DNA of 64,000 nt. Source: Octopus vulgaris. Lineage: Eukaryota. Below the pieces are notes generated by a model. It had not been told where the DNA came from. It saw nothing but the letters and a program-made list of their open reading frames with translations, and made no database searches. This document shows, one piece after another, positions 28,674 to 42,613 of this stretch; the stretch's first letter is position 1; the number at the start of each line of letters is the position of its first letter. A program made the translations under genes and the position numbers. The stretch lies in contig OX597814.1 in assembly GCA_951406725.2 (NCBI GenBank), positions 17,918,001 to 17,982,000 on the forward strand, in the 5' to 3' direction.

Positions 28674-29787
28674 TCGTCCAAGAATTTGGACCTGCGTATC
28701 TCCATTTCCAGCGACTTCGAGGGCCACTTCCCAGTGGTGCCGGGCGTCAACGAAGATCCCTCGACTACAACAAGACGACCAAAGTTTTTTTTTCCCAAGG
28801 TCTGGGGTCTCCCACCCCTAAGCCCTAGACCATCACCTAATCACCCTTACCCGTCTTGTTGCTTAACAACAACAACAACAACAGCAACAACAACTGCTAC
28901 TGCTACTGCTGCTGCTGCTGAGCTGCCGCCGCCACCACCACCACCACCACTTCTACTACTACTTGTATTAGTAGCAGATATAATTTCTTGCTCCTGACAT
29001 CGTAGTTATCTATCTAATCTTTCAACATCCATCACACTAAGTTCATTGATTTACACAAACACTCATGTAGTATTCACGGCGCGCTAGTTTGTTTGTTTTC
29101 TTCGTTAGTACTTTATTTATTCATTCGATAATTATGGCAACGTCGTGGTAGAATAGTTGGAACATCGAGGAAGAAAGATGCCTTGCATATCTTCTGGTTT
29201 TTAGATATTCACTTCATTACCTACCGAGGTAAAGTTTTTCCTATCATCCTTGCGGAGGTCGATAAAATATTCACTTTGTACCACCTGTTTAGTACCGGAG
29301 ATGATTTCGTAGCCTAAACTCCTTCCCCTTAAAAATTGTTGATCTTGTTGTTTAAATTAGGAACTATTAATTATTCATGAAGATTTTTGAGACTAATTAA
29401 TTTTATATATTTTTGTCAGCGTTTTTCCTCTTCTGCGCTATTTCGACTGAGGCAAACAGCTATTAAGGAACAAATTTACACTTTGCATTTCGTTTTATTA
29501 AACATGCAAGGATATGTTCTACATAAAACCAGATAGCAAATTTGGTGTTCACATGCATAATGTAATGAGTCATGAAATAAGATTTAATATCTTGTGTCAT
29601 TAATTTAATTTCCAATTCTCATCATAAAACGCTGGGATGACTATTAATACGTCATTGTCTGGCAATACTGTTACAAACTATCCTTCGCTGATGAGATCTA
29701 ATAAAACCAAAACATTTCCAAGAGTTATCCCTAAACTGCCAAATATTAAATTCACTCCTCTGTTTCGTTGTACATAAAAAAAAAAAA

Positions 29788-30035
29788 TGTGCCCTTTTAA
29801 AGCCTAGCCAGGCTCATGGGCCCGGTTTGCCGGTTTCTATGGCGTATGTGTTCCCAAGCTGGACGGGACGCCAGTCCATCGCAACGTTACTCATTCTTGC
29901 CAGCTGAGTGGACTGGAAAAACGTGAAATGAAGTGTTTTGCTCAAGAACACAACGCGTCGCCCGGTCCAGGAATCGAAACCACAATCTTACGATCATGAT
30001 GCTGACACCCTAACCACTAAGCCACGCGTCTCCAC
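29788..30035 (-). mobile_element. tRNA-derived SINE family D with V-SINE-like central motif
   Basis: Reverse complement: gtggagacgcgtggcttagtggttagggtg (A box)...ggtttcgattcctgg (B box)...gtgttcttgagcaaaacac...gcgatggactggcgtcccgtccag...aaaagggcac(T)n. Confidence 0.8.
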
Positions 30036-30114
30036 TTTCGTTGCACATATTGAGTCTTTGATAAACTTAACTAAATCGAACTTTCTATATTTCAGTTTTT
30101 GATGAATTTTATCG

Positions 30115-30390
30115 ATCAAATCGATTCTAGTACTTATATTTTAAGCCTCGTGCTTATTCTAATTGTGTATTTCGCAGAATTGCTAAGTTACGGGAACGTA
30201 AACAAACCAACACCGGTTGTTTAGCAGTGGTGGGTTGGGCTTATTTAAGTTTCCGTTTGCCAAATCCAGTCCCACGGCTTTGGCCGGCGCAATGCTATAA
30301 CAGAAGACACTTACCCAAGGTGCCGCGCAATGGCACTGAACCCAGAACCATGTGGTTGGGAAACAAATTTCTTATCACACAGCCACGGGT
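30115..30390 (-). mobile_element. SINE family A, degenerate, internal deletion
   Basis: agaagacacttacccaaggtgccgcgca...gaacccagaaccatgtggttgg...cacacagccac, and ctaagttacgggaacgtaaac. Confidence 0.8.
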
Positions 30391-30625
30391 GCAGAATTTA
30401 TCGTTATCATATTTTTACCTCCCAATAACGATTGTAATTTGATTAACTGAGAAATGATTAGCCCATTTCGTTTGGTATGTTAAGTTAGCACAAATCTGGA
30501 TAATAGTTTTGAATAGTTTAATCCTGAACTCAAAGTAGGCAGCTTACAAGAAGAGTGAAAAAGAAATTTATTGTGAAGGAACTTATAAAGATTTGTATAA
30601 CGTACTCAAACACACACACACACAG

Positions 30626-30679
<54 letters not shown>

Positions 30680-30688
30680 GGGAGAGAG

Positions 30689-30740
<52 letters not shown>

Positions 30741-31260
30741 GATAATCTAAAGATATATGTAAGATGGAATAAATTCGGCGTCCTAAGGAGATACGAGTTC
30801 TGATGTTGCAGAGTTGAGCTTGTACTGGCGAGTAGGCAATTCTTCTATGTACAGAAAGCAAAGATAGAATGTTTACAAAGTATATAGAAAGTATGTGGAA
30901 GAATGCATTGAAATAGATTGTTTATAGCTAGTCGAAATACTGTATTGACAGGTTCTTCGCATTATCTATGTACCGCTCCCCCTCACCTCCACTCTCTCTG
31001 CCACTTTTTCTCTTTATATACACATATGTATTTTCTGTGTGCGTGTGTGTCTATGGATCTATAATAGAAGGCAGTTTATGAATCTCAGGAGGAAGATCTT
31101 AGTTTATCTCAGCAAGATATGTAAGCACAGAGTGTACACAAAAGGTAGTCGGTGCTATGACTATGTCTATATGAATTAAACAAACGCGAAGAATAGCCCC
31201 TTAAATATACCTGATTTATATGTGTGTTTGTGTGTAGCATAGATATGCATATAAAACGCA

Positions 31261-31330
<70 letters not shown>

Positions 31331-32428
31331 TTATATATATATATATATACGCGTGTAAACACAAACAACGTGTTTAGTGAGAATAATAATGTATATATTC
31401 ATGTGTATGCACATGAATATACAGACACACACACACATGCTGAATATATCTATCATACATAAAAATATGACGATGTTTGAACAGCGTTAGACATTTTTAT
31501 TCATCCGTACATGTATGCTAGCGCGTTCATGCATTTTGCGTGTTAAAGGACCGTCCACTGGGTTTTAATAAAGCTTTAATGGAATATTGCACCGGTATTC
31601 CCTGTTCCCCCCAGATTGAGGGAATGTGCTGAATAGAATAACTTATTTAAGGCAACTAAACAAGCTCTTGCGTACTAAGAATTTTCCTTCATTGCCCATG
31701 CCCCAATAATGTTCGGATAATTTTGAGTATGGTATGGTATATGTAGGTTTACGAATTATAATGTACAGCGGTTTGCAAATATGTACGCATGTTTGCATAC
31801 ATGCGGGTATGTATATGTGGATGTGCTTTATTATTCACAGATTCTTCCAAACGAAAACGAAAGAGCCAGTTTCTAAACGAGAAGCAAAGCTCATTCATCA
31901 GAGTTCAAACAGGCAGTCGTGTATGTGTGCATTAAACGTTTACGTATTTCGTATTTAAAATTTAGCCTCGTATTTGGAAACGATGAATTATCTTCTCCCC
32001 AAATCAAACAGCAGAATTAATGTTAATACAAGATCAAGTGAAAGTTGAACGAACCAAATTATTCAGAGCGGTTTCTCTCTAAAATATTGGCCGAATGATG
32101 ACGAATAATGTTAGTCTTCAACCAAATCATTAGATGACGTCAAATATAATTTAAATATTTGAAAGCAAAGAAGGCATTATGTAGACTTTCAATTTATGCA
32201 TAGATAGATAGGTTGATAATTATAAACATATATTACATACAAACACACACACACACACATCGATAGATAGAAAGATACATTGGTATTGATCTTTTTAATA
32301 GTAAATAATAAGAAAAGATAAATAATAAACAATAGAACGTGGATAAATTCCGATTGAAATTCAACGGCAGATGGACAGACTGATAGAATATTATAGATCT
32401 ATCTAAATAGATAGTTGTCGATACGTGG

Positions 32429-32481
<53 letters not shown>

Positions 32482-33324
32482 GATAGAGAGAAAGAGACAG
32501 AAAGAAAGACAAACAGAGAGAATAAGTAGTGAGATAACAACTTTATTCGGTGGCCAATGAAGGAAGAAAGACCGAAACGTGGAATAGGGGAATATGAGAA
32601 AGCACAATCTCCTTCATCCTCGCTTCCCTCATGTTCTGAATATTAAGCTTTCCACATTTGTTTGATAATCAGCACAGATCGAACTCTTGATAAACACATG
32701 CCGATATTCTGTCTTTGAAAGAGCTATAAAGGAGGAAAGGAACAAAGAAAAAGAAATCAACAAAAAAATACCTAAAGAAGAAAATGAAAAATTGAAAAAA
32801 AAAATGGCTGCTTTCTTCTTCCAAATCCGCTTGTAAACTACAAAGCCACAATTTTTTTATGGATCTTTCTATTGTATTTGGCCATGAGGGAATATTTGAG
32901 GGACGGGAATACTACCGTGTGGGAGAGTGTACGAGTGGTGATGAAGTGATGGGAAAGACAAAAATACAAAAATTATAAATAAATACATAGAAAGAAAACC
33001 TAAAAATCAGTCGATCTTCAGTAAATACAATATGGCGGCCAGATTTAGTTCGTTGTTGTTGTTTTTTAGTTAACAAAGTTGTAACAGTGGTTAGATAGAA
33101 ATCTATTTCGAGTGTAGAATAAATAATCTCGGCCCCAGAAAACCGTGATTAACTCAAGACATGGGGTTAAATAAAGAAGAAATACGATTTCAATATAGAG
33201 TCTGGTGAATTCTGTTCACTATTCAAAATCTGCTTTTCCTTTAGATATTTCTCTCCTTCTCTCTCTCCTTCTCTCTCTCGCTCCTTCTCTCTCTCTCTCT
33301 TTCTCTTTCTCTCTCTCTCTCCCT

Positions 33325-33584
33325 TTTAAACATTTTATCTGCCTATGACTCAAATCCCTCATTTTTACATCTGGCTCCATACTCACTCACTCACTCACTC
33401 ACTCACTCACTCATTCACTTACTCACTCACTCACTTACTCACTCTCTCTCTCTCTCTCTCTCTCTCTCAAACTTTTTATCTACCTATCACTCAAATCTCT
33501 CACTTTTTACATTTGGCTCCATACTCATTCACTTACACACTCACTCACTCACTCAATCATTCACTTACTCACTCACTCACTCAC

Positions 33585-33622
<38 letters not shown>

Positions 33623-33910
33623 ACATTTTATCTGCCTATGACTCAAATTCCTCATTTTTACATCTGGCCCCATACTCACTCAATCATTCACTTACTCACT
33701 CACTCACTCACTCACTCACTCATTCACTTACTCACTCACTCACTCAATCACTCACTCACTCACTCACTCACTCACTCATTCACTTACTCACTCACTCACT
33801 CACTCACTCACTCACTCACTCACTCTCTCTCTCTCTCTCTCTCTCTCAAACTTTTTATCTACCTATCACTCAAATCTCTCACTTTTTACATTTGGCTCCA
33901 TACTCTCTCT
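33325..33910. repeat. Compound tandem repeat: two ~290 bp units, each made of two related subunits plus (ACTC)n/(CT)n
   Basis: tttaaacattttatctgcctatgactcaaat at about 33325 and 33618; ctcaaactttttatctacctatcactcaaatctc at about 33466 and 33845. Confidence 0.85.
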
Positions 33911-34634
33911 CACCCACCCTCTCTCTCTCTCTCTCTCTTAATGATCTCTTTATCTTTCCGCTACTATTCTCAAACATTTCATCTCTATCATTCTAATCCA
34001 TTCGCATCATTGTTTATTCTTCTTTATCCCCCCCACACCCCCACCCTTTCTCAGAAATTTTTTTTTATCTCTCTATCATTGTAAACTTCACTCTCTTTCT
34101 CCTCTCTCCTGCTCTCTAGCTTTACATCTCTCGGTTAATCTCTCCTTTCTCTCTCTCTCTCTCTCTCTCTCTATTTATCTGTCTACCTATCTCTCCCTTC
34201 ATTTTTATCTCTTTGTCTCTCAAATCCTCTATCGATCTTTCTTTGCATCATCTCTCTCTCTCTCCATCTCCCTTTCATGAATGTTTTATCTCTCTATCAT
34301 TGTAATCCTGCCTCCAATATTTTCCCTATATTTATCTCTTTCTGTATGTCCCTCTCACTCTATCTGTCTGACTGCCTCTCTCTCTCTCTCTCTCCCTCTC
34401 TCTCACAGACACACACATTCTCATGCGCACGCACCCTCACACGTTCTCATTTTCTTAAACTCTTTACTTCTCAATCACTCTAATATTTCTCTACCTTACT
34501 TCACTTTTACTACCATTCAATCAGTTGTATTTACAAATATATTTGTTCTTTCCATATCAGGATACTTAGCTTATTATTTCGATTTAAAATTTGTCTAAAC
34601 ATTCACTAAATATATATATATATCTCCCTCTCGC

Positions 34635-34769
<135 letters not shown>

Positions 34770-35162
34770 CTCACACATAGGCACACAAATACATTTAGAG
34801 CGATGCACACACACACGCACTCACCATAATTTATGTACATATATATGCATATATATTCATATATATATATTTGTATGCGTTTGTGTATGCGAGCTATTAA
34901 AATAAATTGTACACAAATAAACTTAACGATTACCGTCTGGGCCTGAGTCTCACTAGACATACATATGTCCATATATTTATGTGTATATGCATTTATGCAT
35001 TATATATATATATATATATCATTTTACTTTCTTCTATTAGTTTTATTGGTTGCACTACTGCCATGCTGGAGCACAATTTTCATACGCATAAGTTGATTGT
35101 AATAAACCTTGTCAATATTTTAGTTCAATTTAGCGGATCGTTAAAACACAGAACAAAAATAT

Positions 35163-35263
<101 letters not shown>

Positions 35264-35540
35264 TGTGTGTGTGTGTGTGTTTGTGTGAGTGTGTGTGTTT
35301 ATATATATATATATAAACTTATGGTGAGATTCCACATACTTTCAAGCATAAAGTATCGGTTAGCCCCAGGGTAGATCGGAAATCATTTGGATACGTTACC
35401 GCGATGAAGGCTCGAAGTTAATACCATCTAGTAGTGAAGCTACGTTGTTACGTCTGGTGTTATACATGCACGCAAATTATGAACGTCTCTGTACTTCGGC
35501 TTCATAAATTTCTCGCATTTTATACACCCACTTACATATA

Positions 35541-35640
35541 TGTAGATGTACCCTCAGTACACACACATATGTGTATGTAGATGTACCCTCAGTACACACA
35601 CATATGTGTATGTAGATGTACCCTCAGTACACAAACATAT
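35541..35640. repeat. Minisatellite, about 3 x 35 bp
   Basis: tgtagatgtaccctcagtacacacacatatgtgta starting at 35541, 35576 and 35611. Confidence 0.9.
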
Positions 35641-35725
35641 GCGTATACACTTACATGCATGCCTATATCGGACTACCATTCGTATTCGTGTGTGTTCGTA
35701 TCCGGTCTATATATATATATAAATA

Positions 35726-35828
<103 letters not shown>

Positions 35829-35933
35829 CTGGTTGCTCGCTTAGCCAGCGGGGTGGCGTCATTTTGAAGGCTAAAACAATGCGAAGCGCATTGTGACCAT
35901 CGATGTGTAGCAACATCTGATAGCCTGGTCGGT

Positions 35934-35940
<7 letters not shown>
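35829..35940 (+). mobile_element. SINE family C 3' fragment in (TA)n
   Basis: gctcgcttagccagcggggtggcgtcatt..gaaggctaaaacaatgcgaagcgcattgtgacc...ggtcggtcacgtga. Confidence 0.85.
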
Positions 35941-35998
<58 letters not shown>

Positions 35999-36001
35999 CA
36001 T

Positions 36002-36033
<32 letters not shown>

Positions 36034-37195
36034 TGTATATGCATTTATATATATATAATACACACATACACACACATACGTGTTCAGATTTACGCACATA
36101 TCTACCTTTCAGCTTTACAATGCATATAAACAAGCAGAGCTAGCAAAATAAAATATATAAAATGATATATAAAAAGATTAAACGAAGACAAACGTAATAA
36201 ATCCAAGACAAGCACCACGAAAATCACACATATACGTTAATAAGTCCGTCGTACATAAACACAATACTATCACAGTTTGTACCTAGAACAAGGCTATACG
36301 CATCTCTACAGTTTTACTTTAAGAGTCTTTACAGACATACATGCACACACACGTATATAAACTCACACATACACACAACAACGCATATATCTTTATTTAT
36401 TTTTTTTTTTCACACCATATTGTTCATCTCCTCCCTGAGTGGGATTATTTTAAAAACTAAACGTTTACCCCGAGTCTCTGGTTGTCCGTGTTTACATTTC
36501 TACGTTCTACTTGTGTATAAGAAGCCTCTTCACACTTGTATAAGCGTATTTCGCCAAGTTCGCTGTAGTTGTTGAAATATACTGCTTTTTCTTGTCAAAC
36601 CTACACCATTCAAAAAAACGTATGTATGCGCATGTGTAGGTGTGTGTATCTGTATTTTTTTTTTTTCTTTTTCGCTTACAGTCTTTATCTAATATCTTTC
36701 TCTCCCTCCCTTTCAGCTCTCTCACTCACTCACTCTCTCTCTCTTTCTCACTTCCTCTCGTTTTGTACAAACCTTTCAAACAGAACTTCTGTCTTTCACC
36801 CTTGTCTCTCTCTCTCTCCCTCACTGTCTCTCCAAATCTTTTGACTATTTTTAAATATCCATAGCTATTCAATCTAGCTATTATTTCCTACTGCCTCTCT
36901 CGCTCTCGTTCTCCCCCTCTCTATATCTCTCTCTCCCTCTCTCTCCCTCCCTCTCTCTCCCTCCCTCCTTCCGTTTCACACTCACGTATACCTTATAGAT
37001 CTCTCTTTTGTTTTATTCTTTACATTTATCTGTTTATGCCTGCCTCGCTTTCTTCTCTTCTCTCACCTAGTTCGCGAGTGTGTGTATGTGCTTTCGTGTG
37101 TTATGCTTCTGTTAACATACAGATATATACAACTTTCCTTCTATCTTTCTTCTTTCTTTCTCTCTCTCTCTCACACATACTGATGGTAATGCGAG

Positions 37196-37585
37196 CGAAC
37201 CACATGGTTACAGGTTCAGTCCCACTGTGTGGCACCTTGGGCAAGTGTCTTCTACTATAGCCGACCAAAACCTTGTGAGTGGATTTGGTGGACGGAAACT
37301 GAAAGAAGCCCGTCGTGTATATGTATATATATATATGTATATATATATATGTATATATATATATGTGTGTGTGTTTGTGTGTCTGTGCCCCCCCCCCCCC
37401 CCACCACCACATCGCTTGAGAAGCAATACTGGTGTGTTTACATCCACGTAACTTAGCGGTTCGGCAAAAGAGATCGATAGAATAAGTACTCGGCTTACAA
37501 AGAATAAGTCCTGGGGTCGATTTGCTCGACTAAAAGCGGTGCTCCAGCATGGCCGCAGTCAAATGACTGAAATAAGTAAAAGAGT

Positions 37586-37590
<5 letters not shown>
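37196..37590 (+). mobile_element. SINE family A
   Basis: Colinear with the 1083-1506 copy, ending gactgaaataagtaaaagagtaaaa(GA)n. Confidence 0.9.
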
Positions 37591-37644
<54 letters not shown>

Positions 37645-37718
37645 ATCGGCAGACTTGGAACTCAGAACGTAAAGACATACGAAATGACTCTAAGAATTCT
37701 GATTGACAACTACATTTA

Positions 37719-37758
<40 letters not shown>

Positions 37759-37906
37759 CGATTTCTGCTACTGGCAACAAGGGCCCAAGACAAAGAAAAA
37801 AGTGATAAAAGTTTTCGTACGATTTTTTTTTTACTAACCACGAGGACCCAAGACATTGAAGACAACACAAAAAAAAAAACAACGAAAAACGACTCGCATT
37901 ATTATT

Positions 37907-38112
37907 AGGCGCTAGTTGGCAGAATCGGTACCGCGCCCGACGAAATACTAAGCGGCATTTCGTTTGTTTTGAGTTCAATTTCTGCTGAGGTCGACTTTGC
38001 CTTTCATCCTTTCGCGATCGATAAGTACCAGCTTAGTACATTGATCGATATAATCAAATCATCCACACTCCCCAAAGAAAAATGCGGGCCTTGTGCCAAA
38101 GTTTCAAGCTGC

Positions 38113-38206
<94 letters not shown>

Positions 38207-38425
38207 GAAGGCGGTGAGCTGGCAGAATAGTTAGCACACCGGGGAAAATGTTTGACGACATTTTCTCTGTCTTTACGTTCTGAGTTCAAATTCCGCCGAG
38301 TTCGACTTTACCATTCATGCTTTTGGTGTCGATAAAATAAGTACCAGTTGAGTACTGGGGTTCGATGTTATCAACTATCCCCCTCCCCTCCCCTAAATTT
38401 TAAGGCTTTTTGCCTATACTAGAAA
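37907..38425 (+). mobile_element. Two tandem SINE family B copies (about 37907-38105 and 38209-38425) separated by (TAT)n
   Basis: Each has a ggcg..(a)g(c)tggcagaat head and the gtcgactt...tcat...gtcgataa.taagtaccag domain. Confidence 0.85.
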
Positions 38426-39341
38426 TTATCATTATTATTATTATTTCATATTTTTTGGATTTTTTAGATTAGAATTAATTGATAATTTCAACACTATCGT
38501 GATTATAATTACGAAGTAAGTTATAATTGCAATTATCATCATCATCATCATTATCATCGCCAACAACAACAACATCAATCCCTCGTTCCCAAGTGTCTCT
38601 CCTTGTGTCGTCACCAGTAAAGAACAAAATGGCCACCAGCTGTGGAGTGTGTGTCCACTTGTAATATCGATGTTACTTACCACTTCAGTGCTTGAGTGTC
38701 GTCTTTGTCGTAGTAGCAATAATATTAATAGTGACGTTAATGGTGGCGGTAGTGGTGATGGTAGTGGTGGTGGTGGTGGCGGTGGCGGTGGCGGTGGCGG
38801 TGGTATTGGTGATGGATTGTAGAAAGGTTGCTGTAAGTATTGGCTCTGCTGCAGCTACTGTTGTTGAAGAGGATGATGTGGTGTTGATGATGGTTCCTAC
38901 AATAACCGTGATCGAGTTTAGCGATGACGATGACGATGATGATGATGATGATGATACAGATATATCACGACAAAAATACTGTTGCTGCTGCTGATGATGA
39001 TGATAAGGAGGAGGAGGAGGAGGGAAATGGTGTTGTGTGACAAACACACATTTTCCCCAGACCTGATTCGACATATAAGTGTTGGAAATAAAGCAGCAGA
39101 AGTCATCAATACACACACACACATACACACACACGAAACGCACATAAAAAATATCAATAACAACCATGATTGCTTCATATTTTGGGACAAGGCCAGCAGT
39201 GTTTTGGAGAGAGGATAAGACAATTACATTGCTCGTACCAGTGCTCGACCGGTACTAATTCACCATCTCCGAAAGGATAAATGATAAAGTTGATAACGGT
39301 GGAATTGCATCACAGAATATGTATATATATATATATATGTA

Positions 39342-39379
<38 letters not shown>

Positions 39380-39572
39380 CTCACGCTTCGGTTGAGCGCA
39401 GCATTCCAAGGGGAGTGAAACTGAGTAAATATTTGCTAGTGTTGATCGACCAATGCATCGTACGTAAAACTAGTACAAAAAGAAAGAAAAAAAACCCAAA
39501 AAAACAAAAATCACTGCGGAGCCCAGGCGTTTAGTTTCGAACCTGTCGACCTTAATTCATTATTGTAATTGT

Positions 39573-39604
<32 letters not shown>

Positions 39605-39628
39605 TGTATGTATGTATCTATCTATCTA

Positions 39629-39694
<66 letters not shown>

Positions 39695-39697
<3 letters not shown>

Positions 39698-39909
39698 AGG
39701 CGCAATGGCCCAGTGGTTAGGGCAGCGGACTCGCGGTCGTGGGATCGCGGTTTCGATTCCCAGACCGGGTGTTGTGAGTGTTTATTGAGAGAAAAGACCT
39801 AAAAGCTCCTCGAGGCTCCGGCAGGGGCTCGTGTTGATCCCTGCTGTATTCTTTCACCACAACTTTCTCTCACTCTTCTGATGGCCTGGTCAGTCACGTT
39901 ATCCCGTGA
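39695..39909 (+). mobile_element. SINE family C with internal deletion
   Basis: Same tRNA-like head as 16374; jumps to tail gatggcctggtcagtcacg. Confidence 0.85.
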
Positions 39910-39926
39910 TATATATATATATATAT

Positions 39927-40138
39927 CAAAATGTGACCTCGTGTGTACCGTTGGCGATTTTTTTCCTCTGTCTTCCCTTCTCGGGATCTTTCCTTCTCCT
40001 ATGTTTCCGACGAAGAGCTCCGCTCGAAACGTTAAACCCTCCTTCTTCCCTTCTTTCCTGAGCGTCCAATAATACTATATTTGTTCCACGTCCTCGCGTT
40101 GTTGTGTTTTTTTTGTGTGTTTTCTTGTTTGGATTAAC
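39927..40138 (+). mobile_element. ~210 bp (TA)n-embedded element with minimal hammerhead-like motif
   Basis: GTTT-CCGACGA-A-GAGC.TCC.GCTC-GAAAC-GTT-AAAC at 40003-40037; downstream ctgagcgtccaataatactat; (TA)n on both sides. Confidence 0.7.
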
Positions 40139-40979
40139 TATATATATATATATATATATACATGTACTCGTTCATTTTATATTTTCTTTCTTCTGCACAT
40201 TTCACTCCATATTTACATAACCGTGCTCTTTATAGTTTCATCTATATCTACACATCTCTCTCTTCCAGTTTGTTTGTCATACATTCTAATTTTACCTAGT
40301 TATTTTCTGCGTTTCTCTTTTCCTCTATCAGTTTCTTTCTTCCCCACGCCCCACCTCATTCATGCTCTCTTTCCTTCTAAAACAATTTCTTCCTATTTCA
40401 TTCTCTCTTTCCTATTACTCTTTTCATTTTAATTCCATCTTGGCAATAGCTTTCTGACGTCACAGTTTCTTTCTTTCCGCCACTCTATCAGTCCCTACTC
40501 CCACTTTTATTTAACCTTTCTCAGTTCTTTCCATCATTTCCTGTACCTCCTTCCATTTGTTTCCCTTTCTTTTATCCTTCTTTTTTTTTTTATCCTGCTT
40601 TACTTCTTTTCGTCTTCCTTTATTTTCCCGCCCATTTTGTTTTCGTCACCTTTGTCATCTTTCAACGTTTGTTAGGTTTATTTACGTTGGGAAGATATTC
40701 CTAGAGAACACTTTATTCTGAAGTTGAATGCAAAAGAGAACGATAAAACCAAGAAGGTGGTTTAAGAATCAGATTGGGGAAGGATTGAAGTATGACAGGA
40801 AGGAAACTATAAAAGACAACAACAAACCTGCCATTGTTTGGCTAAAGACACAGACAGCCATGTCTTATAAAACCTACGTCCACAATTTCATTTCTTTCTT
40901 TTATTCATGGCCGCTTATACAAAAACTGAAGTCAAAAACTCCTGTTTAACGATCGCAACTCTGTCTTTCTGTCTGTATG

Positions 40980-41054
<75 letters not shown>

Positions 41055-42199
41055 CGTCTCCATGACCGAACTGCAGTCGTGGATCAAAAAGAGGCCGAGG
41101 AAGGGCGAATGGCACCGCGAGTGTCGCGTTGCTCTCAAGCAACTCTGCCGTCATGGGTCGACCTTAAGTGACTTCAACACAACCAAAGCATTCTATAGGG
41201 GTTTAGTGGAGGGGAGGTACGACGACGAGCTCGGGGCGAACCTGGACGTCGACGAGGAGTACCTGACCCGCCTGTTCAGGACGACTTTCGGGCCAGGGCC
41301 CATGGACAACTTCCAGAGATCCCTGGCCTGGCAGTGCTGCCGAGAAGCGCTACCCGTTCGGGATAAGCTCTACAGACACGGCTCGAGAAACACGGGGCCG
41401 ACCTGCCCGAGATGCGGTCAGAGCGACGAAACCGTTCTGCACGCACTCGTTCAGTGTCCAACAATTTCCGACCTGTGGGCTTATGTCGAACAACTGCTGT
41501 CACGTGTGGGACGAGTCGGTTTATCAGCTGAGTCTATCGTCAATATTGTCACGCCTCCTTCCTTCAAACGGGAAGGAAGAGCTATTTTCATCATCCTTGT
41601 GGCTATGGCGAAAGAATGTATCTGGTGGACGCGTCTGAAAGGATTGGAGACAAACACTTTCCTCTCTGGTCAATCTCTCATCAACTTCTTCAAGTACCAC
41701 TTGAAAAGGAAAGTGAGAGTAGAGAGGCAAGTTTTGTCTAGCGAATGTTTCAAAAAAAGATGGGTGAATGTAGCAAGAATGGCACGTATGAATGACGAAG
41801 CCACCTTGAGCATAGTCCTATGAACCCAGAAATCGAAAACAGAGAGTTGCTTATTTGCAAAAAAAAAAAAAAAAAAGAAATATAAAATGTGACTTCATTG
41901 ACCGAGGTTACCGTGGTCTTTTCCGTAGGCTTTTCTTTGCACGGGTAAACCTCACCTGTCCTCCCCTTTACACTTCATATTGACATTTCTGTGATAACGA
42001 TCCCTATTGATCAATTTTTTTTCCTCCCCCCTTTTTTTTAACCCCCCTTTTTTTTGTCCTCTTTCTCTCCTTTTACGATCCCTTTTGATCGAAACTCCCC
42101 CTTCCTTTTTTTTTTTTTTTTTTTAAACCTTCAAAAGAAAAGCTCTACCTTGTAATTTGTTCTATCTGTGTGCAGCCCTGTGTGGCTAATAAAGAAACA
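41055..42199 (+). mobile_element. 5'-truncated Tx1/L1-clade non-LTR retrotransposon (ORF2 C-terminus + 3'UTR), inserted in (TATC)n
   Basis: GC-rich uninterrupted ORF 41062-41823 with zf-RVT-type CCHC region (W..CREALPVRDKL...CPRCGQSDETVLHALVQCP...LW). Pyrimidine-rich 3'UTR ends cagccctgtgtggctaataaagaaac. (TATC)n on both sides. Confidence 0.9.
41062..41823 (+). CDS. ORF2 C-terminal fragment (RT-associated zinc finger) of Tx1/L1-like LINE
   Basis: 253 aa stop-free frame, CxxC...H...C zinc knuckle typical of L1/Tx1 ORF2 ends. The ATG is internal; the element is 5'-truncated. Confidence 0.85.
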   Translation: MTELQSWIKKRPRKGEWHRECRVALKQLCRHGSTLSDFNTTKAFYRGLVEGRYDDELGANLDVDEEYLTRLFRTTFGPGPMDNFQRSLAWQCCREALPVRDKLYRHGSRNTGPTCPRCGQSDETVLHALVQCPTISDLWAYVEQLLSRVGRVGLSAESIVNIVTPPSFKREGRAIFIILVAMAKECIWWTRLKGLETNTFLSGQSLINFFKYHLKRKVRVERQVLSSECFKKRWVNVARMARMNDEATLSIVL

Positions 42200-42492
42200 T
42201 ATCTATCTACACTTAAAAACACTCATGTTTGTCTATCTTTATCTCTCTATCTATCAATCTATCTAGCTACCTATTTATCTATCAATCTATCAATCAATCA
42301 ATCCATCTCTCTATCTATCTATCTATCTGCCTGTCTGTCTATCTGTCTGTCTGTCAGTCTGTTTGTCTTTCTGTCTGTCTATCTACACTCAAATGCACAC
42401 ATGCACACATATGTCTGTCACTATCTTTCTATTTATGTTTCTATCTATCTGACAGTCTTTCTGGCTGTTTGTCTGTCTCTCACTGTATTTTG

Positions 42493-42613
<121 letters not shown>

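Noticed and set aside
29687-29710. CTGATGAG hammerhead core
   Set aside because: No stem II or GAAA box follows.
35541-35640. CRISPR-like 35 bp periodic repeat
   Set aside because: Contiguous tandem units without unique spacers, eukaryotic context, no cas genes.
38685-39167. 160 aa Thr/Ser/Gln-rich ORF
   Set aside because: Built from degenerate (GTG)/(GAT)/(GAG) trinucleotide runs; no splice or homology support.
39695-39770. tRNA gene
   Set aside because: The tRNA-like head continues directly into a SINE body repeated at 16073-16374, with no Pol III terminator after the acceptor stem.
41062-41823. 253 aa ORF as a host or horizontally acquired gene
   Set aside because: It has a LINE zf-RVT motif, starts abruptly at a microsatellite, and its 3'UTR recurs twice elsewhere in the window.
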